DNA from: Bugula neritina
Taxonomy: Eukaryota > Animalia > Bryozoa
Direction of reading: 5' to 3'
DNA: 64,000 nucleotides
NCBI GenBank assembly: GCA_964035545.1
Contig: OZ037767.1
Coordinates: 4,852,707 to 4,916,706, forward strand
In this document: one piece after another, positions 39,601 to 54,600 of the stretch
Position numbering within the stretch: position 1 is the stretch's first letter
How the letters are laid out: every line of letters starts with the position of its first letter
Position numbers and translations under genes: made by a program
The notes under the pieces: generated by a model
Told to the model about the DNA's origin: nothing
Seen by the model: the letters and a program-made list of their open reading frames with translations, nothing else
Databases searched by the model: none

Positions 39601-42600
39601 TCTCTTGCATGGCTGCCTATGTTTGATTTTAGATTAATTAATTTGTTTACGTTGGTTGAACAGCCAGTGCATGAATTTGTACTTGGAGTATGGTTAGGCA
39701 AATTAATACATGGATTACACAACTGCTAAGGAATTCATTGGAAAACAAAAGGATTACATAATTTCATTAAAATTCTTAATTTATTTCTAATTTACCATGA
39801 CTTAGTGGTTAGAGCGCTGACCTAGTGTAATAAACATGTGCTAGGCTTTGGGTTCTAATCCCATCAGGGCTGTAATAAGTCCTAAGCCCATTCCAAATCC
39901 TCCTCATTTTGAACAAGCATATAATATATAGTTGTGACTACTGAATTATTCAGATATTAAATTGAAAATTACTAACATAAAACAAAAATACATACTACTC
40001 TAACCTACTATGAAATAAATATATAGAGTAATTTTGAACTGGTGTGCATATTTTTTACTAACACATATTTGAGCTGTAATTAATTACCTATAATGCAATA
40101 CCATATACGCTGATGACACAAGAGAGGTATGTATCTATATATTTATATAAGAGAGATGTGTATTTAACTATTTATATACATATGTATAACTAGATGATGG
40201 CGTAACCCAAGTACCTGTTGAATAAAATGGTACACAAGGTCCTGAATCCTTACATGTCATTTTGCTTTCTCCCCTGCAGTGTTATGCTGATTTAATAAAA
40301 TAATCAACTTAAACTTCATTTGTATTCGTACCTCGTATAATTTCAAAAACATCATCTTTTTTGTATCAGTGCCAACTATTACCTGCAATTTATCTTAAAT
40401 TTGAAAACAAGTCTAATAATGAAATCTTTGTATATGGAGTTCTATTTTAAGCATTATTCATGCAGTAGCACCTGTACATAATATATATCAGGTACAAATT
40501 ACAATGACCTTGTTTCAAAATGCACTATTACTAACTTCATAGTAGGTGTACATATTCATATGCTGAAAGTATGTTGGGATATTGATGCCAGACAAGCAGC
40601 ACCCAAGAAAGAAAGCCGCTGTTGGGGCAGAAATAATAACTGGTTCCCTTTATCAGCATTAGGCTATAGCTACGTGCTTCTAAATTTTTTCCCTTAATAT
40701 AATATATAAGTTTTTTTTAAAAAAAATATAGAGATCAGCTAAGTTGACTCCCAAGTGTAGTGCATGTGGCAGGTGTCTAGCTAGAAGAGCTACACGTAAG
40801 TAGTAAGGATTATAAGTAGAATATATTACTTGTGGTGCAAGTATGCTATACATTCTAACTTAATATCGTCTGCAAAAAATGTTAAATTCACTTTAATCCT
40901 CACCACAAACCCATCATATTCTACTAAGCCATTTAGACTAGAGCATTAAACAACTAGGTCAATTATAATAACATATTAAGCAAGATGTGGATAAAATTTT
41001 AGGCAAAAGTTAGTTATGGCCATGAAATGAAAAAGATGTTGAGTAAAAGTTAGGGAAGAAACTACTTTGCTGTTTCACCCCTTAGCTTATCCACCCCTGC
41101 TCTTGAACTCAACTTTAATAACTTCCGGAAAAGAGTTAAATTTGGTTGCTCAAACTTTGGAGTGCACTTGTATTTGAAAGCAATCATTTATTGGTAGTTT
41201 GAGTGAGGTTTGTATATTTCGCCCTAGAGTGCCAATTGTTCAGTTACAGTTACATAACTTTTTTTCTTATGTAAATGCACTTTATTATTTAAACTATCAA
41301 CTTACTTCTACTGTCAGTTTCATTAGCCAATTGCTGTAATATAATTCAAAACACCTGGTTGAGAATTACACTTTTACTTCTCAGCATACCTTAAGAGCTA
41401 GTGATGTAATTAGGTACATATAAACGATTCCATTCGAACTTTTAGCTAAGTAATACAACAAGGTTATGAAGTTTCACCGTACTATAACAAGGTAATATAT
41501 AGCAAGGAAAAGTATAGCAAAATAATGTATAATCTATTGCCTAGTTTTAGCTTATCTACTGGTTTATATGCTTTCTATACCAGCTTTCTAAAAGAATTCC
41601 TCAAACAAATTTTTCTGTTTTTTTTTGCCAATTCTACTTTATAAGAAGCTAACAGCGTTAATTTGTTATTTGCACTTTCATGCTGGCGCTTAGGAAACGA
41701 ACTGCTCACTTCAACCACAATAACATTAACTTATTAAATTGATTTTAAGTATATTCTATGTAATTCAATTTTAACGTCAGCACCATGGGGACCACAGGAT
41801 ATGCAGTCATCGGTCTCCTGCTGCCATATTGCATTGTGTTTCTACTTTCTACTCACGTTACCTTCTCAGTTTGTAAATACTTGTATATGTAACTGGTAAT
41901 TAGTACAAGGTGTGTTGACATGCAGCTGTAACAGTAGACTTCAGGCCCAACTGTGAAAGGGTTTTCATAGATTTTCAATGAGGAGCAGAAATTCAAGTTG
42001 TTTTAGAATTACTTGCTGTAGGTTTATATGATTTAGCTAGACAGCTTATGTAATTAATATCTATAATCAAATACTCGATCAACAGTTCTTCAAATATTAG
42101 GCAGCTGCAAGACCAAACAATCAGTTGTTCTTTTAAGAATGTACTAATTTTTGGCTGTTATTTCCTACAGATAAAACTATAATGTACTTTTCAAAGATTT
42201 ATATGTTGATGATTACTGTCATGTGGTAGCATCATTACCAGCTAATGAAATATTGAGAAATGCTAGCTCTTATGTTGAGCCTTGTTCAGACAGCAGAGGA
42301 GTGGCGGAAGTGAGATAACAAGTGAATACTGTTTGCTAATTCCTTATTTGAATCACCTGTGTTTACCTTCAAATCAAAAAGTAGATGTCACAGCCAAGTA
42401 GTCTCAAATTGTAATTTCAAACTTGAAGTAAACTTACTGGTTTGTTTATGCTGCAAAAAGGCAGCTGCTGTTTCAACAACTATTGGCTGGTTTTCATTTT
42501 GGCAGCAATGGCCATTCATAAAACGTTCCCACATAAAAAATATGGTCCAGCCTTTGAATGTGAAGCACTGTGGTCCACTGCCCTTACTTACACTGTCAAC

Positions 42601-45600
42601 CTTTTGAAATTAGAGTAAGTAAGCTGCCTCAAAGGCTTCTAGCTGCCTTGAGAAATAATCATACTATTACTAATCAGGGTTATAACAGATTTAGCTAATT
42701 GCTCAGTAGGTTAACTGAATTATGCCGAAGGTTAACTGACAGGGCTACCGGTTAATTTAATTAGTTGTAGATTAATTTTATTATAATTTATGTTGGCGTC
42801 TTCTTGGATGCAACAAAAGCTTCACCTATTTTGCCCTCTATTTGGGCAAAGAGTTGAAACTTTCCAAAAGATGTTATGAAACCTACAACGCTGCAACAGC
42901 ATAACACATTGCCAGATTTTGCACTACATATTTAGTGCCTGTAACTGATTAAAATACCACATATTTATCAGCCAAAGCTCTTCTACTCATAACCAACACA
43001 GTCTCATCTGTTCATTTCATTCACACAAATATTTACTTTGCTCAAACCATGCACTGAACATCAAGGCTGTGATCCATCATTTCTATAAATCTAAAACTTG
43101 GAGAAGACCAAGATTGTTTCACATTTCATGATTTGTTTTGATTTGCATGCTGAAAGGGAGGGGGGGAGAGACTAGACTGATTTCTTGTAAAATAGCTCAA
43201 GGTTCTTCACTTGACCTTCACTCGTTAATCCGACTAACGAAATAGCTATGCTGCTCGCTTACTGTTTTTATTACAAAATTAAAAGTTCCTGTTTGTTATC
43301 AAATCCACTAATTAATACAAAAACTACCAGTATTCACCATAACAACTTGTTATAGCTCTCAAAAATATTTAAATTTACATTAAATTATGCACATCAAATG
43401 CCCTTTCAATTTTTTCACATAATGCAATCGCATTCACGAGGAAACATTGTCAAGAAATTCTTGCATGTCTAAATATAAAAACAAAACTGAAGAGCATAAT
43501 AAATAATTTATGACTATCACTCCTTATTGTTTTTGTTAAATAAGCTGAAAGCACTGAAACGGCAGCCATTGTTTGCAGTCATGAAAAATCTTCACCTACA
43601 ATCAATCATTCAATTTTGGGCATACATCTTCCAAAGCAACCAAAGATTTATGCAAGAAGCTGGTCGTAATTAGATCTTAGAAATATTTTAAAGCAAGCTG
43701 GTAAACATGATTGTTATATACTAATATTAATTAAAGTCAAACAACATCAGTAATTGGTTTTTATTTAAACTCAGTGTCTTCGAAGCTATAAAAAAGTGTC
43801 AAAACCAACTTGATACATCTAGATGCAGCTTACTCTCCCATTGAATGTCAATCAATATCAGGGTACTTGGCAGCAACTTTCAGCCAGTAAATTTTTAGCT
43901 GCCAATTTGTTGGCATATAGCATTGTTTATGCTGCTCTAAAATACCTAGACAGTTTTGGTGACGGCTAAATCTTCCAGATTAGCCACACCTGACGTCAAC
44001 ACAGTACTATTTATAGATTATACTTTATGGCAAAATAACTTACGTTGAAAATTTTTAATTTTTTGTTTGCCATGAATTACCATAACCTCAGCAAATTTTA
44101 TTCTCACGACTTGGTGTATAGTAACTGAAGCTTGTGATGGTTATTTTATTGGGAGGAAATTTATTAATCATATGTTTGGTAAAAGGACACCCTAGTTGTA
44201 TCCTATGTATGTTGTGAAAGCGGCTGTCATGTGTCAGCATGTTCTTGTTATATAATATCAACTTTCACCCCCTGGAGAAACCGACTGACAGACTAAACTC
44301 TTGCACTCTTGCAACATGCTAACCAATATTTACAACCCGTTCTTTGAATACTAATATTACATATGCCCCAAGGGCCTCCCATGTTGACCAAAATTGTAAA
44401 GTTTTCAATATAAATATTTAGTAGCGATGTTAATAAAAGTTTGACTTTTTCAATTGATTTCATTCAAGCGTAGGCTTTTGGGGTTTATATTTTACTGCAT
44501 GCGGATGTATTTTGCAAAAAGTCAATAACAAGCATTTTGCACTAATTCAGCTGTGGCTGATGGCTTATGTTGGGTCTGAATCAAATGAATACTTGTGCAC
44601 TGTTGATGTCCTTAGACTGGTTATGTGATACTACCAGCAGCCCCAGCAACTTGAGATATATAAATAGTAACTCACAGTAAACAAATACATCGGCACTAGA
44701 GTAAAGTAATTTTGTGAGCTTTTGTGTTGTAACATTGAAACAAGTGTTTACCATTACTTACTGCTATAATGAGAGGTTGAAAGATGCTTTCAAAAAGTAT
44801 CAAAGTTTCTAATACTGGCTGAAGGGTTCTATTTGAAAACCATGAATGATCACTCAACCAGAAATTGGGTTAGACAAAAATCTGTGCCAACCTATAAATT
44901 TGGTAAAGCGTATATAAAACTGTCTAACCTTAATCTCCTGTCTCTAAATGTGTGTGAAATAAAATGGTGGTAATCCCCATAGGCATAAACAGCTTGTTTT
45001 TGATTTCTGGGTGGAGTTACGAAAAAAAACACCACGTTGTAATAACTATTGTACAATTATTGTAATTGATGTAACAATTATGATGTGTAAATTTTATGCA
45101 AATATTCTAAAAGTGAATGGAACTTTTGATAACCAAGAAAGTAAATATGTTAATTGCTTTTATATTGTCAAGCTGTGTGTTACTATAATGTATACATATC
45201 TGACCCAGTAAATGTAACAATCTAGGACTTGAAGACTAACCACAAGGTACTAGTCCTACCTAGTCTTGCTGACCTTTACTATACTATCAATTTGCTTAAT
45301 GGTAATACTACAAAACAGAAGCTGCAATATCACACCATGATTGAGGAGTGTATAGTGGTGGTGTATGGTGGTTGTAATTATTATGCTATAGTTATGAAGA
45401 GAGTGTAATACTATGCGAGTATCAGTGTGTTAGAACAATACAGCCACTTTTACTTTGGCCTGTATAACACAGATGTGGGAGACAAAATCTTTCTAAGCTT
45501 GGCCTTTTTTTAACATATACAAAGGATTTTGTTCAAATCCACGTACGGTGATAGATCTAGAGAAAGAGAAAATATCTATTGCAAATGTTGAAGGCAGAAG

Positions 45601-48600
45601 ACTAAGTTTAATGTACTAACCTGCTTCAAAATATAGCAATATTATTCCTAATAAAGAGTAGTAGATAAATCTATTATGAAAGTCTTTCATTTCTTTAGAG
45701 TATATTCAGAAAGTTATATAATATCCTTCAGGCCTGTTAGCCCTCCTTCAATCTGGAGTATATTCACTACCAGTCGCTGTGTTTACTTCAAGTTATTACC
45801 CGGTGTCTCTCTATTTTCCCTTCCATACAGATTGGTTAGAAAATCACGTTTGTGAATAACTCTTCTGAATTCCAGTTATTTAGAATAAATGAGAGACGTG
45901 GCTCAACCAATCACATTACTGCAATGATTCCGGATCATTGTACCCTGATGACATAACTCCAAAACATGTTTCGCAATGTGGTTGCGTTATCACCAAAGAG
46001 ACCTTGTAAAATGATTAATATGTCGTTTTGCTAAGTAGATGCACTAAATAGTGATTTGTGAGTTGAGTTTAGTGAGTAGACGACCTGTACTAGCTATTAC
46101 GCTGCGCAACCATAGCTATTGCTAAGCATCAACACATTTGTAATAAGCAATAAATAAACGGCACCACCTAAAAATTAGTTTTATTTGGTCAATAACCTTT
46201 TCATTACGTAGTTGTATACTGGTTGCCAATATAAGTGACGATGATACACTGTACAACATGATGTACAGTCAAATGTACCGGAAGACAGAGTATGCTATTT
46301 GTGTTGTAGAAGTCTTTGCAAGCTACTAATGCTAAAGAGGAAGATGCCGGCCAGAAAGAGAAAGAGATCAGGGAGTTGCAGAAGAAAGTGGACATGCTGA
46401 CTCTAGAACTCGCTCAGAAAGACGCATCTAGAGAGAGTTCTCAGAGAGAGATGATGTCGACTGGGAGAGAAAATGAGGTGCTTATGCCGTCATACACGCT
46501 GCCTTTGTATTCATGAATATGTCATATGCCTATGTAACCTAAACTTTATACTTGCTTTTAGAGCTGCAAGCTGTCCTCGATCTTTTTTATTCAGATTTCA
46601 TACTCTGATAAAATAGAGAGGAAAATTTTTAAAAGTTTTAAGGACATACCTCTACATAAATCGTCTCATATGTCTAGAAATTTGGTTTTGCAACTGACTT
46701 TTTGAAAACTACATTTTTCTGCTTTCAGTACCCAAGGTCTATTGTTTGTAGGGGAAGTAAGTATAATCTTAGTTTGGATGTAACTTGAGTAATTCGGACA
46801 AACATTCCTGTCCTAATTCACAATGCTATCATCTTGAATTCCTTATTTTGTTACCATCAAATAACATAAAGCCATCTCACGATTGTCAGCTATACTATAA
46901 TCTAGCCGGCTCCATTTGGCCCTACATGAAATTAAATATGACACAATTAGATATATCATAACCCTGACTATTGGCTTGCTATACCGCAATGCTGACTAGT
47001 TAAAAGGATGAACTGGTGGATACTAAAAGTTCTGATGGCATTGTGGATAGCTTAGCTCCTCATTCTTATGTCCAATTATGTTTTTCTCATTTCATAGGAA
47101 AGGCATGTAAAGTGCAATAAAATGCTTTTTAGTAAATGAATGAGCCATTCCCTATCTTGTGATACCCAAACTTGTTAAGTCAGTAATCAGGATAGTTTTT
47201 TGAGAAGGAAAATTAGACAACAATCAACGTGATTAACTTCCTCATGCAATAAAATATAGTTTAGCAGCTGAGTGTGGAGTGTGTAATGGTCATGAGCATC
47301 ATATGATAGTAAAAACTAGCAAGTCATATCTATGTCCACATCAGCCAACAGTTTAGTAGCTTTAGAAAACAAATGACAGTTCCTTGAAACTCTAAATTTT
47401 ATTGGATTACATAATCATCTTTTGGAATATTCCAGATGAAAATCAAGGAGCTGGAAGATAGAATTGCTAAAACTGCTGCGGAACACACTGCCCAGATCAG
47501 AGGTAAATATAGTCTCTTGGAACTTTGGAATTTACCAACCAATATCTGATTAGTCTTTACTAACCATGACCAATTAGCACACGCTTTATCAGGAGTTGAG
47601 GAAAAAATTGTGATCAGAAATTGCCAGTTTTTAATAGGTTTATATTTTTATTATAGTTGAACTTTGGAAAATAAGCTCAAACAGCAATAGAGAATGTGTG
47701 GCTCGGTTGAATGAGTTCCAACCTAGCATAGCTAATTCGGCAATTACTCTTTACAATTGGCCAAGGCATAGCAACACTTTGCTTACAGAGAAGCCATTTA
47801 TTTGCATAGCTTGTGTGAAAGAAATGAATGAAGTTTAGTAATATGAGATGAACAACCTCCTGTTACACAATGCCTATATTTACAGCTCAGCTGTCAAGAA
47901 CCTTAGTTTGAAATGCTTTGCCAAGCCGCCTAATAATTCAGTTGTCTCCTCATGCTGAGAAATAGCTCGAGCCAAAAGATATTAAGACGATTAGCTCCGG
48001 CTACTTTTTACAAACTATTTTCCCAAGCTTTATTTACCCAGAATGCATTTCGTGACTTTTTCTAATTACCATATGTAGTAATAGTAGCAATTACCAGGAT
48101 GTGATTTCAAAATTCCACTTTATCAATTTGTCTTCCTTATTTTAAAGATGGTCAACGAAAGGCTGCGGCTGTACTGTGTAAGTTGTCTCTCCGATGTAGT
48201 TTAGAGTTCCTGTCTATATTAGTTGAGAGCAAATAGATTAGCACCTACATATCTGAGAGACCATGTATTATTTGCTACTAGGTTTATAAGTCACCCTATT
48301 GAATTTATATTACTAACTTCTCAGATTTCACTGTCATGCATCTTTAGAATATAATCCTTTTAGCTAAACTCTCTCATTTGTGTGAATGTAATTCTATGGG
48401 ATAGAATAGACAAGTCATAGTATATGTTATGTTTTCTTATTCATGCAAAAATTCTTTAATTCTGTAGAAGTTAGATTGTAGGTAGAATTGTCAAAACTCA
48501 GTCACGTTCTCTAATATTACACATCATTAAGTACATAACCAGTATATTAGGTTTCCTTATTGCAATATTACATGTAATTGAGGTATAAAGTGTCATCAAA

Positions 48601-51600
48601 AACCGTAGGCTGTTTGTCCTGTTAGCTTATAGGGTGGGGGTTTGGATATCCACAGAAGCAATGCTATGGTGGAACCAATACTAAGTTGTCATTAATAAGA
48701 AATATTTCACCACTTTCAATTCTTATATCAAATTTTTTTTTATAAAAATATCATAATGTAATGTAACATTATAATTATAAGGTAACACGATACATGTCAT
48801 AAGCCCTTTTACAGTTTGGCACGTGGCATTAGTCATGTCAATTCTAGAAAAGTTTCAGTAAATGCAGGGCACTTTGCCACCGTGCCACATAGTTCCACGG
48901 CTTGGCTATGGATCTGTCATTTAATAGTTGACCAGACCCAACAAGTTTGGCAGTAAATTCTAGAAGTTGCCTCAAGTCTTGAGAATACGCAGGGGAAGGG
49001 GGGAGGGTAGTGCGGTTACACCATTTCAATTGTTTAGTCACTTAATCTCATGCTAATTATTACCATTACCTTCTTTGGAAGTATTTGAAATAATATTCTT
49101 TCCAAATTATCACTCTGGTATTCTAGAAATAGGTAAAAATTCAGTGATTCTGAAACTCACTTCAAAGTGTCCGTTTTAAAAATAGACAGTTATAAAATTG
49201 AAAATTTCATTTTAGTGCTTTTATGAGACTCATCTAAAGGAATAATTTGTATTAGCATCTTTTCAACAACTACCATTTTGTGTATCATAAATAAATCGTG
49301 AGTACAGTATCTATACAAGAATAGTATTAGTACTAAATGCAGTATAATATACATGCAATGCGAATATAATATAATGTGAGATACATATAGTATAATATAC
49401 ATATTTTTGTAATATACATATACAGTGATAATATACACATAGTATATGTATTTTCTTTGCCAAGTAGAGTAAAAGGCTGCACAAACTCTAAGTTTCCAAG
49501 CTTCACATTATGCCCAAAGAGTTTTTTATTCGATGTTTGGAAGCAGTTGCATCAAATGAAACCACAATCACAAGTTCATGCAAACCAAAACCACAAATTC
49601 ATCCAGCATCCTTTCTCATGATGTGAAGTAATGGAATGCCGTGATGCAAACCGTGGTAACAAATAAACAGATGAAATATGTTCCTGTTGGCAAATACCAT
49701 AATTATTTATTTATTGTTTATTTGCATCCTATTAGACTGGTTGGTTGCTGCCATTACGTCTAAAGTAATAACTTCTCAGTTCACATAACATTTGTGATTA
49801 TTAATAATATAAGTCTATAACACAATACCGGTTAGCTACAATATCAAACAATATGCTTATTACAGTTAATTACTGGCTAGAAAAGTGTCTCAGTAATGAA
49901 AACATGGACGAGAAATGCCAAAACAATGTTTGAGCTAACAAATTTATTTTAGAACTCGGCTAACAATACTAGCTATTGTTAAGCTGATGAGATTATTATT
50001 CATAAATCGGTGAGATGTGACTGGTAATACGAACCAATCATAAATTGTTTAAGTTGTTGCACTTCATCACACTGAACACAGTGCATGAACAAGGGGAAAC
50101 TTAGAATTTTAAGATGCTATACAAAGCTACCTTTCAACCCACACACATCTCACCCAATGTCTAGTAGCTGTCGTTATACATCGATAGTGATTTGCCCTTA
50201 AAAATAAAGAATGATGAGTTTCAGAACTGATGTATCTGAACACGTGGTGGTTGGTTGTTTCACATCATATGGATGGATGGAGATGAAAGATGCGTTTGTG
50301 AAGACTTAATTGAATATTAACTTTAGATGAGAGATTATATCTGACTGACACCATTTTCTTTTAATAGACTGATTAGGTAGTCGTGATGTTTATGTCTTAG
50401 TGACAGGTAAACTAGGAATAATCATGCACAAGGCGTCCTATTACATTTCAGAATCTAGAATAGGCTCCCTGCCAGCGTTGGTCTACTAAATAAAGCTACA
50501 AATGAGGTAATACAAGTTACATGGGCCATGCATTCCAGTGTGTTAACCAATACAGAGAAGTTTAATTGTCGTTTAACTTCCTGCACTATTTTAGTAGGGC
50601 TGTATATAGGTTATGGGGATGTGTTTATATCAGGTGCCAAAGGTTCAACTCTTCAATGAGAGAAAGTCAGGATGTTTTTAGCAAATAAGGTTTCAAACAC
50701 GAAATTTTCTATTACTGTTATAACCAATGGTTGGAGTGTGTTATTCAATTTTTATAAGTGGTGCATTTCCTGGTTTCCCTTGCCTGCATATTCCAGTTTT
50801 GCTGAAGTTATAGTCAAGCACAAATTTTGTGTTTAACATGACTGCTTTAGCATCCAAAACACAGTCACGAATTTCGGCAAATTAAACACGGTTTGAATGG
50901 AGGAAGCATGAAAGCATAGCAAATACAAGCTTATAGCTAGAGGCTGTCTGCTTATCACAATGGCACATTTTAAATAGGCTTATTCAGGAAACCTTCCCAT
51001 CTCCACCTTTGGCTTGCACCCCTGGATGTGTGGTTCAGAGACTTGCTGGGGCTAAAATGGGTGGGTCTGTTCTGTACGAGCATTGCTTCATGGAGCATGT
51101 TAAATAAATATTACTTTTGATGACTACAGTACATATTTAGTAATTTACTATCAACAACTTGCTGTGTCTTAGTATGCTCTATAAAAATTGCCTTTTTGAG
51201 TGTAATGTATGCAAACCGAAAAAGTAAGTACTTATTGATGATAAAAATCCAATTAAAATAGAGTTAATACAAATATATTGTTTTGAAATTGTGATTGACA
51301 CACCTGTTTACATTTGCAAGGTACAGTAGCACTGTATATTATAATACAGGGAGATAACTTACATCATAAGCAACAAACAGTGAGGCAACTGTGTGGCAAA
51401 CAAACACAACTACTGCATTTATTCTGATCATGGATTTTTTATTCTCATAATAGTTGTAATTGTCTAATAACTAACTCCTTTCCATTTAAATATCTTCTCT
51501 GAAGATATTAGTATTGTCAAGAAGATATTAGAGAGCAGCTGTGGTCTAGGGGTTAGAGCATTTGCTTATTAAACACAAAGTCAGCGGTTTAATCTCCAGT

Positions 51601-54600
51601 GAAGGTCATTGGTGATGTTAAAAGAACATTCAGTCATAATTACTCCTTTGGTACAATAGAAAACCATGCAGTCCTTAGCCTACTTAAAACTTCTACCATG
51701 GGTTCTCACAGGGATGGCGACTATAAACCCAAATGAGTTTTATATAATATATAATACATAAGATATAATATATAATACATAAGATATAATATATAATACA
51801 TAACATATAATACATAATACATAACATATAACATACAATGCATAGTGTATAATACACAAGATACAAGCTGCAGTCACATCAAAGCCTTCAAAGTCAAGTT
51901 GCATCAGACAGGGGCAGAGTTGCTTAACCTTTTGGCTAACATTAGTACAGTTTTTAACACCTCAAACTAAACTTAATTTTCTGTTAAATTTTCAAATAAC
52001 CTTCCTGTATGCTCTAGTATAGGTACTCCATCAGATTACCTTCATGCAATTTTTGTTTGAAGTTGAAATTCATCAAAAAGTAAATGTTATTTATGGGTCT
52101 CTCTTGACCAGCAATGAATAAAAATAATAATATCTTATTAGTTTCAACTCTATTAGTTTTATTTGATGAATGATAGAGTAGATGGCTACGACTGAGCAGA
52201 CACCTTATTCCGAGGGTTTTATAAGCCAACTAGAATGGATTGTCAGCACTTGTATTATTTTATTCTACATCTTATTTACAACTGTTGTTACTGTTTCCAT
52301 TCTAGACATCACCGACTACAATGATCGTCAGCTGACTAACATAGTCAATGCAAATAAGCAGGAACTTCAGGAGCTGAAGGCAAAACATGAGCAGGAAGTC
52401 GAAAAACTAAAGGTCGGTGAAGTTTCGTATTATACTATTTATTTGGTGAGAACAGGTGTCACTATTTATTTTGGCTAATTTCGGTTTTAAATTTATGAAT
52501 GTTGTTGCCTGAATCATGTATAAATCTGACTTATTAGCATTATGGAAATTCATTTTTGTTGTTTATGTTAATCCTAGTACATAAATATCACTTTCCGGTA
52601 TTTTCTACTTCATATTGTCATTATTTCTGCACTGATGTGGCAAGAATTATCATATTATTGCACTACGATGGAATGACGTAGTGTGACCTATATAATTGAT
52701 TCACCAGAGACAGTTAGTAAGCCTATCATTTGAAACCCGCTGTTGTCATTAGCAACCGATAGGCATTATATCAAGGTGGCACAACTCTTATTCTCTATGC
52801 ATAACCAGCTCTCTTTGGTAGTATATTTTCCTTTCAGATAACTTGCTCCTGGATTTATAGGTTAACTATTGTGTCCTTAGCCCTTTCCATCAGGGGTTCT
52901 CACAGGGATAGCGACTATAAACATGACTATGTGTGGTTGAAAAACCTCTTATAAACAGGCTTCATTCAACTTAGTACCTATATACACATACTATTAGGGG
53001 AAACAACTCCCTGTACTCTTCTCACAGTCATAGATATATCTATAGCTGCCAGCTGTCAGTTAACTCCTAGATATCACTGCAGGCAAGTCATAGTTGGCAT
53101 CCACTGGCGTTAGTAACTTTATAATAGATTATCAGTACACAGCTATGATGATTCGTAACAAAATATCTAAATAATGATTAATGTTTCTAAGTCTAATAGG
53201 TGGTAGAGTCACCTGAGTCTAGATGTCACTTTGCTTCATTTATTTTCCTTGCAGGCCTAGTGTTGTGTGTTCTAATGAGTTGTTGAACTAATGTATTTAG
53301 TATGCGCAACTCAACACATACACTGTTGCTACCAAAGCATTCCTAATATTTGCACTTGAAAAAGTTCGGAATGTTGAAAGTCTATATTATACATCTTTGC
53401 ATTGAATAATGCTTTATCATGCGTGTAACTCTTTTATGTACTCTTTTTACATAACTTGATGGTTATTCAATAGAAATTTTGTTCAATAAAACATTCAAAT
53501 GATTGCTTTAGCTCTTTCCATGTGAATGATTTGACTTTGAGCCATCTGAAAATGATAGATTAAATTTTTTGATAAGTCTCGCAGCTAAAGTTATAAAAAT
53601 TAAATATCTTGTAATATGAAGCAAAAATCTTTTAAATTAACTGTTTTTATGATGACATTTATTGATATTACTAGACTATGGAATAATCTTGACGTGTTTG
53701 TGCAGTTAATCTGTTTTATTATTTGAAAAAATGAAAATCTTTTGTTGAAATGAAAAGAAAATTAATCAAATAGAATAAGATATTGTTCATACGTAGTGGT
53801 AGTGTTAAATACAACACACTCTTTAGCAACGGCAGTTAGTATTAATTATAGTGTTAACACACGCACACAATCAATAACAACTCTTTCTGACTAGCTGTGA
53901 TTTATTCTCTCGTATCTGTAGGATTAACCATGGGATTATATTACACTTTCTCCTCCTAGGTTCGTTCATTCTCCTCCAAACTATAGTCTTACATCATTTT
54001 CTACTTCGTTGCATTATTATCATGTACATCATTTTACTAAGTGACATTATAACTTTGCACTGCTATAGTTGCTATTAGTAAACTACAAGCATAGTAGGGG
54101 TTCTTAAAGATATTAGTTGGAACATTTAGTTATAACCAATGATGGTTTCTTTAAGATGTGGTTTTTGTAGCTGAGTTTTGGTTTTGGCTGCATGGAATTT
54201 CCTTGCCATTCAACTTTAGTTGGAGATTATTTACACTTTTTCATTCAAAAACTTATCAATCACAGCCAGCTCTGGTTTTTGTTCAGTCTATTATTCATCA
54301 ACAGTCTCAGTTTGAGATTTTAATGGGATCAGAAATCATGCTTTCTGCGTAGCAGCCCACTTTTTGTTCTTTTCTTCAACATTCTCGATTTTATGCAATG
54401 CCAAAATATTTCATGTTTTGGTGCTTTTTTTAGAAACTTTTTATAGATTAAAACTGTTTGCTCATCACTTTGAAGTGCTAGTTATTTAAAGGTAGTGAAC
54501 ACAGTGAATGTGTCAGAATAATGTCTATAGGTGCAGGAAAAATGACGCACCAGTTGACACTTGAAGTTCCAGTTTTGTTCAATAAATCTTGAATAATGAG

